Below are positions 35,605 through 48,871 of a stretch of DNA of 64,000 nucleotides, piece after piece. The position numbers and the translations under genes were made by a program. Origin of the DNA: Massalongia carnosa (Eukaryota). The notes under the pieces were generated by a model. The model saw only the letters and a list, made by a program, of their open reading frames with translations. It made no database searches and was not told the origin of the DNA. Each line of letters begins with the position of its first letter. Within the stretch, counting starts at the first letter, position 1. The DNA lies in assembly GCA_965645245.1 (NCBI GenBank), contig OZ287069.1:2604001-2668000 (forward strand), given 5' to 3'.

Positions 35605-37192
35605 ATGTCTGCATCTCCTTCAGCACTCGCAACCCCTTCCACCAACACCAAGCGGCCTCTTGATGATGAGTCATCGCCTTCCGGCCTAACCGACCAACCC
35701 GATGCGAAGCGACCTGCACTTGATAAGGTCGTCAAAGCGGAGGAGCAAGAGGACGGAACCAAGGGTGAAGCAGCTCCAACACCGCTAACCCCTAGTGAAG
35801 ATATTAAAGATGAAGCAGCCACTGCAGCCATTCCTGTTGAAAATGGCCATAAAGATAATCAGGGTGATACAGTGGTCCCGGATGCTCCTAATGGGGCAGC
35901 CCCTTCTGCGGCGTCTGTCTTGGAGACCCAGCCTATTCAGTCCACAGGTGGTCAGTATGACCGAGCAACATCGCATGGGCCATCGCAGCACCAAGGGCAT
36001 CAAGATGAGACAGGCTGGATTCATGTCCGCGCTGTGATCTCAAGTGCTGAAGCTGCTACAGTAATCGGCAAAGGTGGAGAAAACGTTTCCCAAATCCGAC
36101 GTTTCTCAGGTGCAAAATGTACCGTCAGTGATTATTCTCGCGGCGCGGTTGAAAGAGTTCTAACCGTGAGTGGTTTGGTGGATGCTACTGCAAAGGTGAG
36201 GCTTTTTTTGGCCGTAAGTCTATGACGCTGATTGGAACAGGCTTTTGGGCTCATTATCCGTACGCTTAACAATGAACCGCTCGAGTCTCCTTCTACCTCG
36301 CAGTCCAAGACTTATCCTCTGCGCCTCCTCATACCTCATATCCTGATTGGATCCATTATTGGCAAGTCTGGTGTGCGCATTCGGGAGATCCAAGAAGCTT
36401 CTGGAGCCCGTCTCAATGCATCTGATTCTTGCTTACCTCTTTCAACTGAACGTTCCTTGGTTGTGCTAGGGGTTGCCGATGCAGTTCATATTGCTACATA
36501 TTATGTTGGGCAGACTCTTGTGGAGCAATTGACCGAAAGATTCGGAGGACCGGCAGCTTCTGCATATGCTACACGTAGTGGTGGGCCTGCTGGTGTTATT
36601 CCAGGTGGTATGCAAGTGGTCCCATATGTACCTCAACCCGCCGGTGGACAGTACGGTCATCCTGATAATTACAAACGGCATAACAATCAGCCTCAACGTA
36701 CGCCTGCAAATCCTTACGGTGTCCCTTATCTTCATGGACAACCTCCTCAGCAGCAGCCTCAATCGGCTGTACACTTTGGTGGATCGCCTCAGCAAGGCTA
36801 TGCTGGCGCCGGGCCTCACCAGCCACAACAGCATGGCGCCCATCCTCCTCAACATAGTCATGCCGGACCGCCCGCTCAGCCTATCCAAGGCATGGTGCCA
36901 GGACAACCTTTGACGCAACAAATTTTCATCCCAAATGACATGGTTGGAGCAATCATTGGCAAGGGAGGCGCGAAAATCAATGAGATCAGACAGCTTAGCG
37001 GGAGTGTTATCAAAATTAACGAACCCCAAGACAACAGCAACGAAAGACTTGTAACTATTACAGGGACATCAGAGTGCAACCAAATGGCGCTCTACATGCT
37101 CTATTCAAGGCTTGGTATGTTTTCAAGACTTATTCATAACCAGCTGCTTTGTTGCTAACAAATGTATAGAGAGTGAAAAGCATCGGATTTAA
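35605..37192 (+). CDS. Triple KH-domain RNA-binding protein (Pbp2/Rnc1-like)
   Basis: Three GxxG KH loops (VIGKGG, IIGKSG, IIGKGG) and a Q/P-rich linker. Introns ~36196-36240 and 37115-37169. Confidence 0.92.
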
Positions 37193-38119
37193 GGTAGGAT
37201 CACGTGAGTATGGGATGCTTAAATAGGATGACGTTTCACTGGCTTGTATTTTTAAAAAAAATCGTTTGTGCAAGGAATGAAAGTTTTTAACACCACATTC
37301 ATTAGATGTCTCATTCCGCGCTTTTTTCTAATGAATCTAAGATGGCCCTCTCAATGTTTATCTGTTCGACGCACCCCTTTGTTTCAATCCATTTCCGCAA
37401 ACGGAAATAATTTCATTTCAACATCGCATCCCCCCCAAAAAATCTCAGTAAGCCGGCGTAATCAAAGAACCAAGGCGTTATGCTCCTTTATGCTCCATGC
37501 TCTGGTGCTAGAAAATACCTAAAGATGTCCTTGCAACTGCAAACAGCCATGCTTTCTTTATCCCCCCTTCCTATCATGTGGTCAAATCCCCTTAAAGTAA
37601 CCAAGCCTTTCTTTCACTAACCCATCAGAAGTGGGTATTCACTCACTCACCCGGAATGCGGTTCGCTGGAGATTCTTTTTGTTGCTTTCAGCGGAAGAGA
37701 AAAGGGGCGGGGCCATGGTAGGTCTCTTATGTAGTTAGATGGGGAAGCTGGGTGATGATGAATGATAGATATATAGGTATCTAGGGTGGAATATGTAGGG
37801 GAGTATGTTCCACCGTAGATAACTACCTAGGTATGAAGGGTGCCCGCTGAACCTAGAGCTTCCGGTTTCGCATTGCGCTTTCATAGACATCTCCAGATGC
37901 TTTCGTCTGGTTAGGGATAGGGGCTACTTTTTGGCGTGATGCTCGTTTGTACCTTCCATTGCTAGCTGGCATAATTCGATTGCTCTATCCCGTGAACAGT
38001 TCCATTCTGTTTATCTGTCTGATGAATCAATTGCTCCATCGTTGTCCTAATTGATATTTTTAGCCTACCTATCTAATCAACCTGCCTTACCTACCTAACC
38101 CTACCGAAATCAACCAGCC

Positions 38120-39162
38120 ATGCCAGGGTTCATGGATGGCGCTGAAACTGCGACTCCTATTCCGCGGGAAGCTAATACCAGCGACGATGCTCAAGGGACG
38201 GCGCCTTTTCTAGTGATCACTCCTACAAGGTGGTTCTCCAAGCCCGGGAATATTCGTTTTGTTACCCCTCATCCACCATTCAGTGAGCTTATCATTCTCC
38301 GATCAGGGAGCTCTTCAAGACCGTCATACCGATCCTGATCGGACCGGCCAAACACGTCGTCCCCGTGCACCAGGAGATCCTCACCTCGGTCTCCCCCGTC
38401 TTCGCCGCCTCCATCAACCCGGCCTACGGCTTCCGCGAAGCATGCGAAGCCCGCTGCTGCATGCCGGAAATGCGCATCGACGATTTCCGATACTTCGTGC
38501 AGTGGCTGTACACGCGCACGCTCGATCACGAGGAACTCGAGGGGCGGCACCCGGCCTATTTTCGTATGTTCCGCTTGTACACACTCGCGGATCAGCTAGG
38601 GGTGTCGTTGCTCAAAAACGCAATACTGGAGACGGTAGCGCGCGTAGCAGATCGGTCGAATGCGTGCCCGACGCCGGCGGACACGGTTTTTCTATATGCG
38701 CAGACGGTGGAGTCGGCGCGGCTAAGGGTTTTGGTGCTGGATCTGTTCGAATATAAGAAGGTTGATAAACTAATCAAGACGCACGAGGATCATTGGTAAT
38801 TTTTAGACACATCTCGCCTCAAAGGTGAAGCTGAGTTTAGTAATAGGGATGAGAATTTCTTCAGAGACTTAATTGTTCGTCTGAAGTGCAAGAAGGATGG
38901 TCAATTGCTGTTTCCTTGGAAACGCGAAGCAGCTGAATTCTGTCGTCGATACCACGAGCACGATAATTGGGCGCCGCTTGAGGGATGCGTGCGTCAATGG
39001 TGAGTGTGGAGAAGGTTTGATTCAGGACCAGTGCTGACCCATAAATAGGCCGTTAGCTCCTTCCGAAATACCGAGGCCGAAAAGAAAAAATTCAATACAG
39101 AAAGTCAAAAAGCGTATGCCATAATCACGGAGGCGTTGGACACCGAGGAGGGAGAAGCTTAA
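38120..39162 (+). CDS. BTB/POZ-domain protein, multi-exon
   Basis: VHQEILTSVSPVFAAS...FRE...DDFRYFVQWLYT...LYTLADQLGV..LKN; C..YHEH near the C-terminus. Confidence 0.85.
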
Positions 39163-39207
39163 GAATTGGTATCGCTATTTTTGAAAAGTAAAACAACACG
39201 CTCGTCG

Positions 39208-39934
39208 TTAACCCTCCTGAAACTTCACATGGTGCATCTGCCTGCCTTTAGACGCATCCCGCAGGGGTTCGATGGCTTCCTTGAATTGATCTGTATTTCT
39301 AAACGCTGTATGCTTTTCAATACTTTCCCATTCAAACACCGCTGTGTATGCAATACTGTTTCCCTCGACACTCTCGTGCTGAAGCTCTTCAACAACCCAT
39401 CCCTCAGCACCAGCTTTAAAGCCCTCAGCATGTTGAACAGTTTTCTTAAAGCTAGCAAATGTGTCGTCCCAAGAAGATCTATCTATATCAGATAGGGGGG
39501 AGGGAAAGTAGAAAGTTAAATGTTCTGCTGCAGGCGACGAGGCACCAGCCAGGACTGAGGAAGGAGGGCTGGGGGAGAAGTGCGTATGATAGATGAGTGC
39601 ATCACCGTCGAGCAGAGAGGAGAAAGTCTCTAAAAATGGTTTAGAGGCTGCGTCAGCAATGAAATCTTTGTAGGCTTGGACGGAGTCCCAATCTAAAGCA
39701 TAGCGCACATCAGCAAAACGACAAACACCGAGTTGAAGTCCAATTACCAACGAAGAAATCGACGATAGTGGGGCTTTCCACTTGACGGCCCCAATAGACA
39801 CGGCGAACGCCTTTTTGAGCGGCGATGGTACTCAGAAGCGATTGCCACACTTTGCTTGACGGAGATGAATGTTCATCTATGTTGATATCTAAAGAGATGG
39901 GGAGGATAGCTATTTCTGTTGCTGGAGTATACAT
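39208..39934 (-). CDS. Tandem ABM-like (dimeric alpha/beta barrel) protein
   Basis: PATEIAIL...QKGVRRVYWGRQVE...DWDSVQAY and second repeat GWVVE...FEWESIEKHTAFR. One intron at ~39693-39747. Confidence 0.78.
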
Positions 39935-40709
39935 TCCAGAAGCGTGCTTTGAATGTGCGGAACAGAGATGGAATGTGAGGAATTAAAGTGGTCTGAAAGC
40001 TAGCATTAGACAGTAACGTTACAGATATGTATGATATGAACTATGAGCTAGTCGGTCAACAGGATCTCCAGAATATCTTTTACGTTGGTGGAGTGTGTAC
40101 TCTCGGGCTGTGTATCATACATATGTACGGAGTACACCTATTTTCTTTTCTCTTGAAGCTTAAAACCCATTGACTAATCAGGTAAAGGTGTACGGAGTAA
40201 GAACCTAAGTAAGAGGTCTTATGTTACACCCAAGACACTCTAGAGCTTGCTGAGGGCAAGTAGCCTTCATGTCTTGCATCTCGCCTATGTGAGTGAGCCA
40301 CCCAGTAAACATCTGATAGGACTTCAGACCTTCCTTCAATACTTTCTAAGAAGCTGAAAGCTAAAATGCCTCAATGTGCAAATAAGAATACAAGGTGGAG
40401 AGCTCATGCAGATCGGAAAGACAGTGTGGATTGAAGCCGGCCCATTTCAGTGGCGTTTGTTGCGCCATAGGCTGTTCCAGGTCTTGACGGTTTTACGTAC
40501 GTATGACTGGTAGGACAAGACCCAAGAAAGTGGTCTACATATCAAGCCGACTAATTAGTGCACCACTGTTAGCACGAAAATCCTCGAACGACATCGTAAC
40601 GCACGTAAGACCACGCAGCCACCATGATGCACCTCACAGACACGGGCAAACCCCTGGGTTTCAAATCAGGAGTCAATGCCAGGACAGCTTACCTATACAG
40701 CCGGAGCGG

Positions 40710-43242
40710 ATGTTATCAAATGGCTCTGGTTATAATTATCCAGCGCCTTCTGTCACTGCCGCTCCTCGCATCCGAAGACGTAATCGAATGATTACATCTT
40801 GTCTGGAATGCCGGAGGAGGAAATTGAAATGTGACAAGTCCCACCCATGTACCAGCTGTGTGAAAACCGCTCGAGACTGCCTTTTTCTTGCCCCATCGCT
40901 TGATTCTGCTTCGCAGCTGAAAATTACCGAGATAAAGGAGAAAATGGGCTCTCTCGAAAGAGTGTTGGAACAAGATGTTGCAAAGAAAGGAACCAACTCA
41001 GGATCCTCTCCCGGTCGCGGGATACGAGATCCAGACAACGAAGATATAGACTTTGCCCCGGAGCCGGAAGATGAAAGAGATCTGGAAACCACACCGCTTG
41101 CTCTCAGTGATGCTGCATACGATGATGATGCCGATGATGATCTCAATGATCTTGGTTTCATGATGGGTAAACTAAGGGTCACCGATAGAACAGGGGGTTA
41201 CTTCTGGCCAAAAATGGCCGAAGAGGTGAGCGACAGAGCATAATTTATCTATTTATTCTGCGTGAAGATTTGCTTATAAGAGAACAGCTGACCGTCACGT
41301 TGAACGACCGAAGGAATGATCACAGATCACCTTTGGAAAAGGCAGGATCACCGGATCCTCCGACTCCTTTCTTTCCTCCGTCGGTCAACCACGCATTCAT
41401 GGCACCTGGACCAACTTATCTAGCGCCTTCATCAAGTTTTTGTTTTCCCATAGTACTTCATCAACCTCATTGATTGATTTTCTGCCGTCAAGAAACGTAT
41501 CAGATCGATTATTGGACCAGTACTGGAAATCAGTACACCCGATTGCTCGAATAGTACATAAACCTTCGTTTATCAGAAGATACAATACTTTTTGGGAAGA
41601 TGTACGTTTAGGTATAGAGCCCGCAAGCTCCCTGCAAGCTGTAGTCTTTGCTGCTATGTTCTCGGGTGTCGTGAGTATGCTTGAGGACGTTGTATTGATG
41701 GAGTTTGGAGTGTCTAAGAAGGAATTGGTAAGCAATTTTCAAATGGGCACAGAAACTGCCCTTGTTCGGGCAAACATGATCAGAACAACCAAAATTGAGA
41801 CCTTGCAGGCTTTTGTTATGTATATGGTAGGTAAAACTCTATACTTAAGAACTTACCAACCTTGATTATCTAGACAGCTCGCGTCATTCGGCTCGGATTG
41901 TCCTAATTCTTCGCAGATACCACTCTGTCGAGGCGAAATTTCACGTTCTCATTCTGCACTTTGCGGCACAGCGATCCGTATAGCTGAATGCATGGGACTA
42001 CATCGTGATGGAACAGGATACAGCCTTGGCTCTGTTGAGACGCACGTAAGGCGCATGATTTGGTACCAGTTGTGTTTCTTGGATATTAGAACATGCGAGG
42101 CCCAAGGCCCAAGGCCGGGAATCAGAGAAGATGAGTTTGATACACGGTTCCCGCTCAATGTCAACGACGTGGAGCTGGAGAGTCCCAATCCTCCAATAGA
42201 GTCCGCCACTCGATGGACAGATATGACGCTTTCACTAATTCGTTGGGAATGTGTAGAGATGCATCGGGTTGTCTGGTTCGACAGGCCCCGATTGGAGAAG
42301 AAGAAGATTACCCTCACCGCAGCACTTGGTAAAGTGGAAAATTTTCGCAGGACGATGAAAGAAAAGTATCTTCCTATGATAGATGATTCCATACCCATCC
42401 AGCATGAGGGTCGGCTACTCCTTGAGATCCTTACTTTAAGGATGCACGCTATGTTACTCCACAAATATCACAACAGTGTGTCCCAGACAATACCTGGTAA
42501 GTCTTTCGTTCAATGCAGGAATTTACAGAAGGCTTATGAGTTGTTCATAGATCGGTTACGCCAAATAATTATAACTTCAGGTGTAGAGGCAATGGAAGCT
42601 GCGATCGAATTGGAGACAGCCCTAGCGCTGAGCCCTTGGGCTTGGTACGTGGGCGCGCACCAGCAATACCAATACGGATTGTTGCTACTATTGGAGATTT
42701 TCGCATTTCCCATGCGTAAGGAAGCAGACCGCATCTGGGCATGTCTCGATTATATCTTTGAAGTCCCGTCGCAACTGTCTCGAGAACAAAAGGGTCGGTG
42801 GATACTCACCGAGGTGCGGGACAAAACACGAATATATGCCAGCGCGCGGAAAGTTCGAGCTCCGACTGGTCTGGTAGACCGATTAGTACAGCAACCATCG
42901 CGAAATATAGACGTGACGATTGATATGCGACCTACGCGAGAGAAAGTACGGCAATTCGACCCTTACCCTGCCAACCTTTCGCAAGGGCTTGCAGCAGGAG
43001 ATGCTGGATACTCGACAGGGGACGCTGACCCAAAACATTTCAACATCGGGCATTTCCCCGAAAGAGTGCCAATGCCGATGCCACCTTTGAATGTTGATCG
43101 TATGATCGATATTGATTGGGTGAGTTCATCTTCCGTCCACTATTGACGAAACTTTGTGCTAACTAGAACCAAGCGTGAGTGGGATAAGATGTTCCCGCTT
43201 CATCAAAACACTGGCAAAATCACTATTTTTCCAAATCATTGA
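40710..43242 (+). CDS. Zn(II)2Cys6 transcription factor with fungal-specific TF domain (apparent 1-nt frameshift at ~41440)
   Basis: CLECRRRKLKCDKSHPCTSCVKTARDC; VHPIARIVHKPSF; AIRIAECMGLHRDG...RRMIWYQLCFLD. Confidence 0.9.
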
Positions 43243-44055
43243 AAGTTGCCTGGTCGTGATAGAACTTTGCTAATTTCTCTCTGATTTTTACAGCTCTAAT
43301 TTTTAATACTCGGGCTCGGGGAACGGCCGTACCTTTTTGCTTTTATTGTCATCCTGATCATGCTCGTTCACATACCTCATCTCCAAATATCCAAAAAATG
43401 TACATAGAATGGTAATCGTACTACAAATATAGAGAGTATATCAACGGACTCCTAGGCTTCTCCCTCCAAACTCAAGCATGGGCTTAGAAAAGGTTTGAAG
43501 GGTTTTTCTTAGTCAAAAAGATGCTCTACCTGGCTATTTGCGGCTTTCCTGGTAACCGGCCATCCTATCTATCTATCTATCAAGAAGACAACCTTTTCCT
43601 TAACTGCAGTCCCCGTTTCAAGATGATCAGCATCCCAGAGCGTTTCCTCCGCTTGTGCAGGTGCAAAACATCTTCCAATCAAATTCGTGTGAGGGTCTGA
43701 AGGAGTGTAGTTATACTATAAATCTTCGTTTGTCATGTCGGGTTTCAGCACGGACAAAGGGGATTTCCCTCATCCATTATTTACTTCTCAATGCGCCCTA
43801 TTTTTTAACCTGTTGCTCTTTTGATTTAAGCTCGTGGCTATGCTCCGAACTCCAGTATGTCGGAGAAACAAAAATATCAATGTTCTGGTAGATATCGGAT
43901 CTTATTAAAACAACCAGAGGAAATCCACTTAAGGATCTTCCTGGCTTGGCAACCGTATTACTATTTCGTCTTTGGTTTTCTATCTGATCATTGTCTATAC
44001 CCCTTGACTATCTAAATTCCCAGACTTCCCAACATCTAGCACCGAACAAAAGACC

Positions 44056-44962
44056 TTATGCTTTGCCCTGAGTCTTTATCCCTTTGCTCTCCTATGTTGC
44101 ATTGGCCGTCTTCCGCAGTTCTAAACGCTCCGCTTCGGTCAACGGCTTCTCGCTGCCTTTCCTCCGTTGCCTCGATTCTGCAGTCTCGATCATGGAAGCG
44201 TTGTCGTTGCCGTCCTTAAATTGATAGGAGCGGAATTCTGCGTTTTCCCAACCAGTACCTAAGGCAGAACTCAGTGACGGATCCTTGCAAGGTGATGCGA
44301 GGAATTCTTACCTGCAAATTTCCCGCTATCGGTCCAGTCCTCAGTGAGGGAGTGCAGCAGCCCACCATGCGTGACCACAATGATTTCTTTCTCCGGCCGC
44401 GCTTTGAGCCATTGCCTTGCCTCCTTTGCTCTTATTTCGATGGCCTCTTCTGTCGGCGCCCACCGCCCCTGTTTGCTATTCCACCCGGCATGCACCAAAG
44501 TTAGATCCACAGGCTTGCCCTCGAACTCGTGCTTCAGCTTGTCTTCATCGGTGCCAGTGTCGCAAGCCAGATCGCCGACTTCTTGCAGCTCAGGGAGAGC
44601 AATGATTTGCACGCCTCGCTCCAATTCCGACTCGAAACTCAGAAGCGCGGTGTAGAGTGTTCGGCGCAGGGGCGAGGCGACGATTAGCCCGATGGATTGA
44701 TGGTATGGAAAGTGCCGGGAGAGTAGATGACTTTCCCCTTCGCCCTTGGGCGTTAGGAGAGGATCATGGATGGTGTGGTTCTCGGTTCTGAGGTTGTGGT
44801 ATCCCTGGGCCAGTCAGCGTTTGATTCTCTCGTAAGAATCGTGAACTCCGCTGGGGCTTACTTGGGCATGCCGAACGCAGTGAATGACTGGCGCCACTGC
44901 GACGATGTCAATTAAACTCTGTGTTGTTCCTCCTGGTCGTCGAGCAGGTATATTGACTCACT
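44056..44962 (-). CDS. Histidine phosphatase / phosphoglycerate mutase-like protein
   Basis: IHCVRHAQGYHN, DPLLT..G, VASPLRRTLYT, LQEV...CDTG and IIVVTHGG. Three introns. Confidence 0.88.
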
Positions 44963-45445
44963 GTTTATGGAAGCGCTGATTTTTAACAAAACTATAGGAT
45001 ATCGAGTGCCGCAAGATGGATTACGATAGACATGACTTAAAAAAGTCGAAATGACTCAACGTATGCGTAGCACGTTATGTAGCACTAGGAGATCATTGGA
45101 CGGCCCACTGGAACTGCTTTGGCATGTCTACCCTCTCCTATAACTAAGGGAGAGTGTTTAGGTTTGGTTTTTCATAGAAAGGACATCATATTTATTCAGC
45201 ATGCTGGACCCTTCCGTTGCGGCATTATCCACGAAGGATTTAGGAATCTCAATTGAACTCACTTTTGTTTTTATACCCTAGAAGAGTTGCACATATCACG
45301 TGGGTATAGAGAATAATGCAAGCCTAATCACGTTGAGTCACTTTACACCGTTGAATTTGAGTTTTAACCTCCACCGCAGACCAGAGAGTTCCTTCTAGCA
45401 AACTAAAACCACTGCGATTCCTAGCCACATTATTATCAACATGAA

Positions 45446-46663
45446 ATGCGAAAGCGTTTCGTTGCCATTCATTCTTTCAGACGGATGCGAGTAGGTTCGA
45501 GGTGCTGGATTTCTCAGTCTACTCGATCATGGCGACAGTTTTCCTTCCGCCCTTTGGTCTCCCCGCAGAACGACGAAGTGACAGTTAAGGTTAGGGTAGG
45601 GTCTAGTGGGCATATACTGTTGAAGTAGAACCTCTGTTCCGCGCCGATAGACTTGTCTGATAGATCCTTCAGCATACACCATCCGCCTAGGCCCGCATCC
45701 GATGGACCTATCATTATATATCTACCGCGAGGACCATTGGCTTCTCCGGAGCCAAATCTCCTCCCGTCTTTAGCCACAAGTTCCAACAGCACCGTGGTTC
45801 GTTTGAACTACCGCCTCTCAGCCCAATACCATTTTCCTATTCCCATTCATGATGTTCTGGCCGGCTATGACTGGATCAGGAAGCATCTTGGTGCAAGGCC
45901 AAACAAGGGCCATGAGGAATCCGAGAATTCCGGAAGGGCCAAGTTAGGCGTGTGTGGAGAACACGTTGGGGGAAGTCTTGCAAGTATGCTTGCCTTGACA
46001 GAATGCCATACTAGCAAGCAAGGAATTGCCGCAGCTGGAATCGGAAACCCGATCACGGACTGGACCTTGTTATCTCTGGAAAGTCAAAAGGCTAGCTCGA
46101 TTTCTACCACTTCAGCACGATCCGGTGATTTTACTACGAAGCAATTGAGCACACATCTTGGGCCCGTTGTGGACCAACCCCTGACAACTCCATCGCTGTT
46201 ATCATTACGTGATAGTATTTTCCCCAAGGCTGAAAGATATTATGACCCATTTGCAAGCCCTATCCTGTTTTTTCGCACGCCGAGCTTCGATCTACCATCT
46301 CAGTTGCCCATGTTTCGATATGGGGTTTCCACTCCTAAGTCCCACGAATCTGAAGATGATACTTCTGTGCCGCTGGCGAAGAAGCGGCGTTCCCATCGTA
46401 AGTACCCGCCACTCAGCTCGGATCTCCAGCTCCCCAGAATGCGCGTCGAGATTGGCAATGGTAGCATCCTGAAGAAGCAAGGTCTCGAGTTTGTGGAGCT
46501 GATGCGGAGGAGCGTGGACTTGTGGAAAAACACAGAGGGACAAAGCTCAAGGCATAAGGATGGGAAGAATCGAGTTGAGCTGGTGATGCGAGGGGGTTCA
46601 GGTTTATGGGAGGGCAAAGAGATCGTTGAGATAGGCAATTGGTTCGATGAGGCATTGCACTGA
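45446..46663 (+). CDS. Alpha/beta-hydrolase-fold protein, probably non-catalytic
   Basis: VVRLNYRL...FPIPIHDVLAGYDW. The nucleophile elbow reads GEHVGG and lacks Ser. Arg/Ser-rich N-terminus. Intron near 45600-45665. Confidence 0.75.
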
Positions 46664-47601
46664 CTGGGGTGAAATCAGCCGTTCTATGTATGTGACTGAA
46701 GTAATTCCAGGCATTGTCATATATCGTCTTTAAAGTCCTTGAGTAAAGCTCGATATGTTACTTCACAATGAACCATCTATACGGAGATAGTCGGTGAAAC
46801 GAGGTAGAGTAAATCGCGTATGAAGGAGTCCTTGATCGGGCCGCATCCAGGCTGAGGCTGTAAAAGCACGCCACAGTGCCACAGTGCCACAGTGCCAAGC
46901 CGGCACATGGCGGCAGTACTCCGAACTCTGTAGTCCAAGCTTTAAAGCTTTTGTGATTTAATATCCTTGTCGGTTAGCTTTCGGCTGTTGTCCAGCCATC
47001 CCCAACCTTTTGTTTTGTTTTCGCAAAAGGCTGGGAGAGTGCAATTTAGCTGCTTCATACAAGATGGAGGAACTGCACGTCTTTCAGTTCTCATGCTTCA
47101 CCTCAGACCACAATACTCTGTCCTCTGTCCAGAACTTTGCAGATCAAGTCTTCGCTCCGACGTTGTTCCGTTTACCATTTCAGCCTCCAAACTGATCTAC
47201 AAAGCTCTCCATTCCATTTATAACATCCAAAGCTTCCGCGCGTGTATCCACCATTGTCGTTACACCATCTCGTCAATTCTAGCAGTGTTTATAAAACCCT
47301 AGACTACGAAGCGAAGAACTGTGGATTGAGCTCAGACTTCTTCAAACAGCACAAACAAACGATCATACCTCACTGATACTTCTGCGCGTTCTGCTTGTCC
47401 TGCGATCAATCGACAACATCCAAGCCAAGCTTCTCTCATCCTTTTAAGCATCAGTCCATAAAATTGCCCTACAACAAGCCCTGATCAGAAGAATATTGTT
47501 TTGCAGATCATCCCAAATATCTTTCATTTCTCTCAAGACCTCTCCCTAAACCTTAACTCCACCACACTTCCACCGCCCCTCACCTCTCGGCCACCGCAAA
47601 G

Positions 47602-47745
47602 ATGGTCAAACGCAACATCGTCATCGCCATCATCATCATAATCCTCTTCGTTGTCCTTGCCATCGTCGGCTACGTCATCTACGCCCTACAAAACCAGATC
47701 TCGCTCTTTGGAAGTCGGCGAGTCATTGACGAAGAAGATTCTTAG
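47602..47745 (+). CDS. 47-aa single-pass membrane microprotein (not in the ORF track)
   Basis: MVKRNIVIAIIIIILFVVLAIVGYVIYALQNQISLFGSRRVIDEEDS*. Good start context (CAAAGATGG) after a C-rich leader, with strongly C-ending codons. Confidence 0.68.
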   Translation: MVKRNIVIAIIIIILFVVLAIVGYVIYALQNQISLFGSRRVIDEEDS

Positions 47746-48871
47746 TCGCCTGCCTCTCAGAGGAATCTCTCTTTCGGCGGAACTAAATGATCGACGGTCA
47801 ATGGGATGCGTGCTGTTTGCTCTGGGACTGAGCAAGACGCCCCAGATGAATCACGCAAGCTGTGCATATAGAATTGGAGCAGGGATGGATTAGCGAAGGG
47901 CGAACTGCATGGGAAGGGTCTGATCGGGGCGTTATCGACGGACGGCTGTCTCTTACCTGCCATGATGATGGAATGGCAATCAGCGCATTGCATTGGTGAA
48001 TTCGAAAGGGATTGGGGCTTTGCAGCGGTTTGGTCGTGCAACGGAGAAATCTCATGGAGGTATGAACCACCTTCGATTCCAAATCATAGCGTACCTGTAG
48101 AGGACTTCATAGATACGTTGTACCTAGCTCCGATTCTCCCCAAATCATAAGACAAATAACAAACCAAGTTTCGCGATTTCCGTCCGACAGAATTTCGTTT
48201 CCGGCAAAATATCTCCCTGCTAGTTTTCCCCCCGAAAAGGGTCAATGCAAGTCGGTACGCACGTAGGGCGTAAGTTACAACTACCTTTAAAAAAGGCCTG
48301 TGGAAACTATACCCCTCCTCACCCTTCTTCAACCTGCTACTTATACCTCTATATCTCGAACTGCTAAGTTGTTTCCCCCCCCAGCCGGGATCAGAACCAG
48401 GATCCGAGCGGCCAGACATAATAATAGCCAGACACTGGAAAGGTTAAGTAACTGGCTGGCTAATCAATCTCTATATGTATGTATGTATGCAATCACATAT
48501 CAATAGCTAGCTAGCTAGCTAGCTATAGGGGAAACCGAGTAGGAGCTCTCCCAAGTCCCATTCCGCCATCGCTGGCTAGCTTCCAAGAAAACGCCAGGGA
48601 CGCCCACCTAAATCTTACTAGCTACTTACATAACCACTGCTCGTACGTACGTACGCCAAAAGGAACCCCTTTTGTCCTTCTCCAAAAAAGAAAGGAAGAA
48701 TAGATGAAGAAAAAACTCCCGCTAGGAATAACTGGGTATCACAGGCTTAGCCAGGACAAGACGCAGGGATGCGCAAAGACCCCCGTTCGTAAGTTGCTTA
48801 GTCCCACCCACCACCTAACCACCATCGTAGCCTAGGTAAGACCTGAGCCTTTCGCATTTTCGCAAGAAGCT

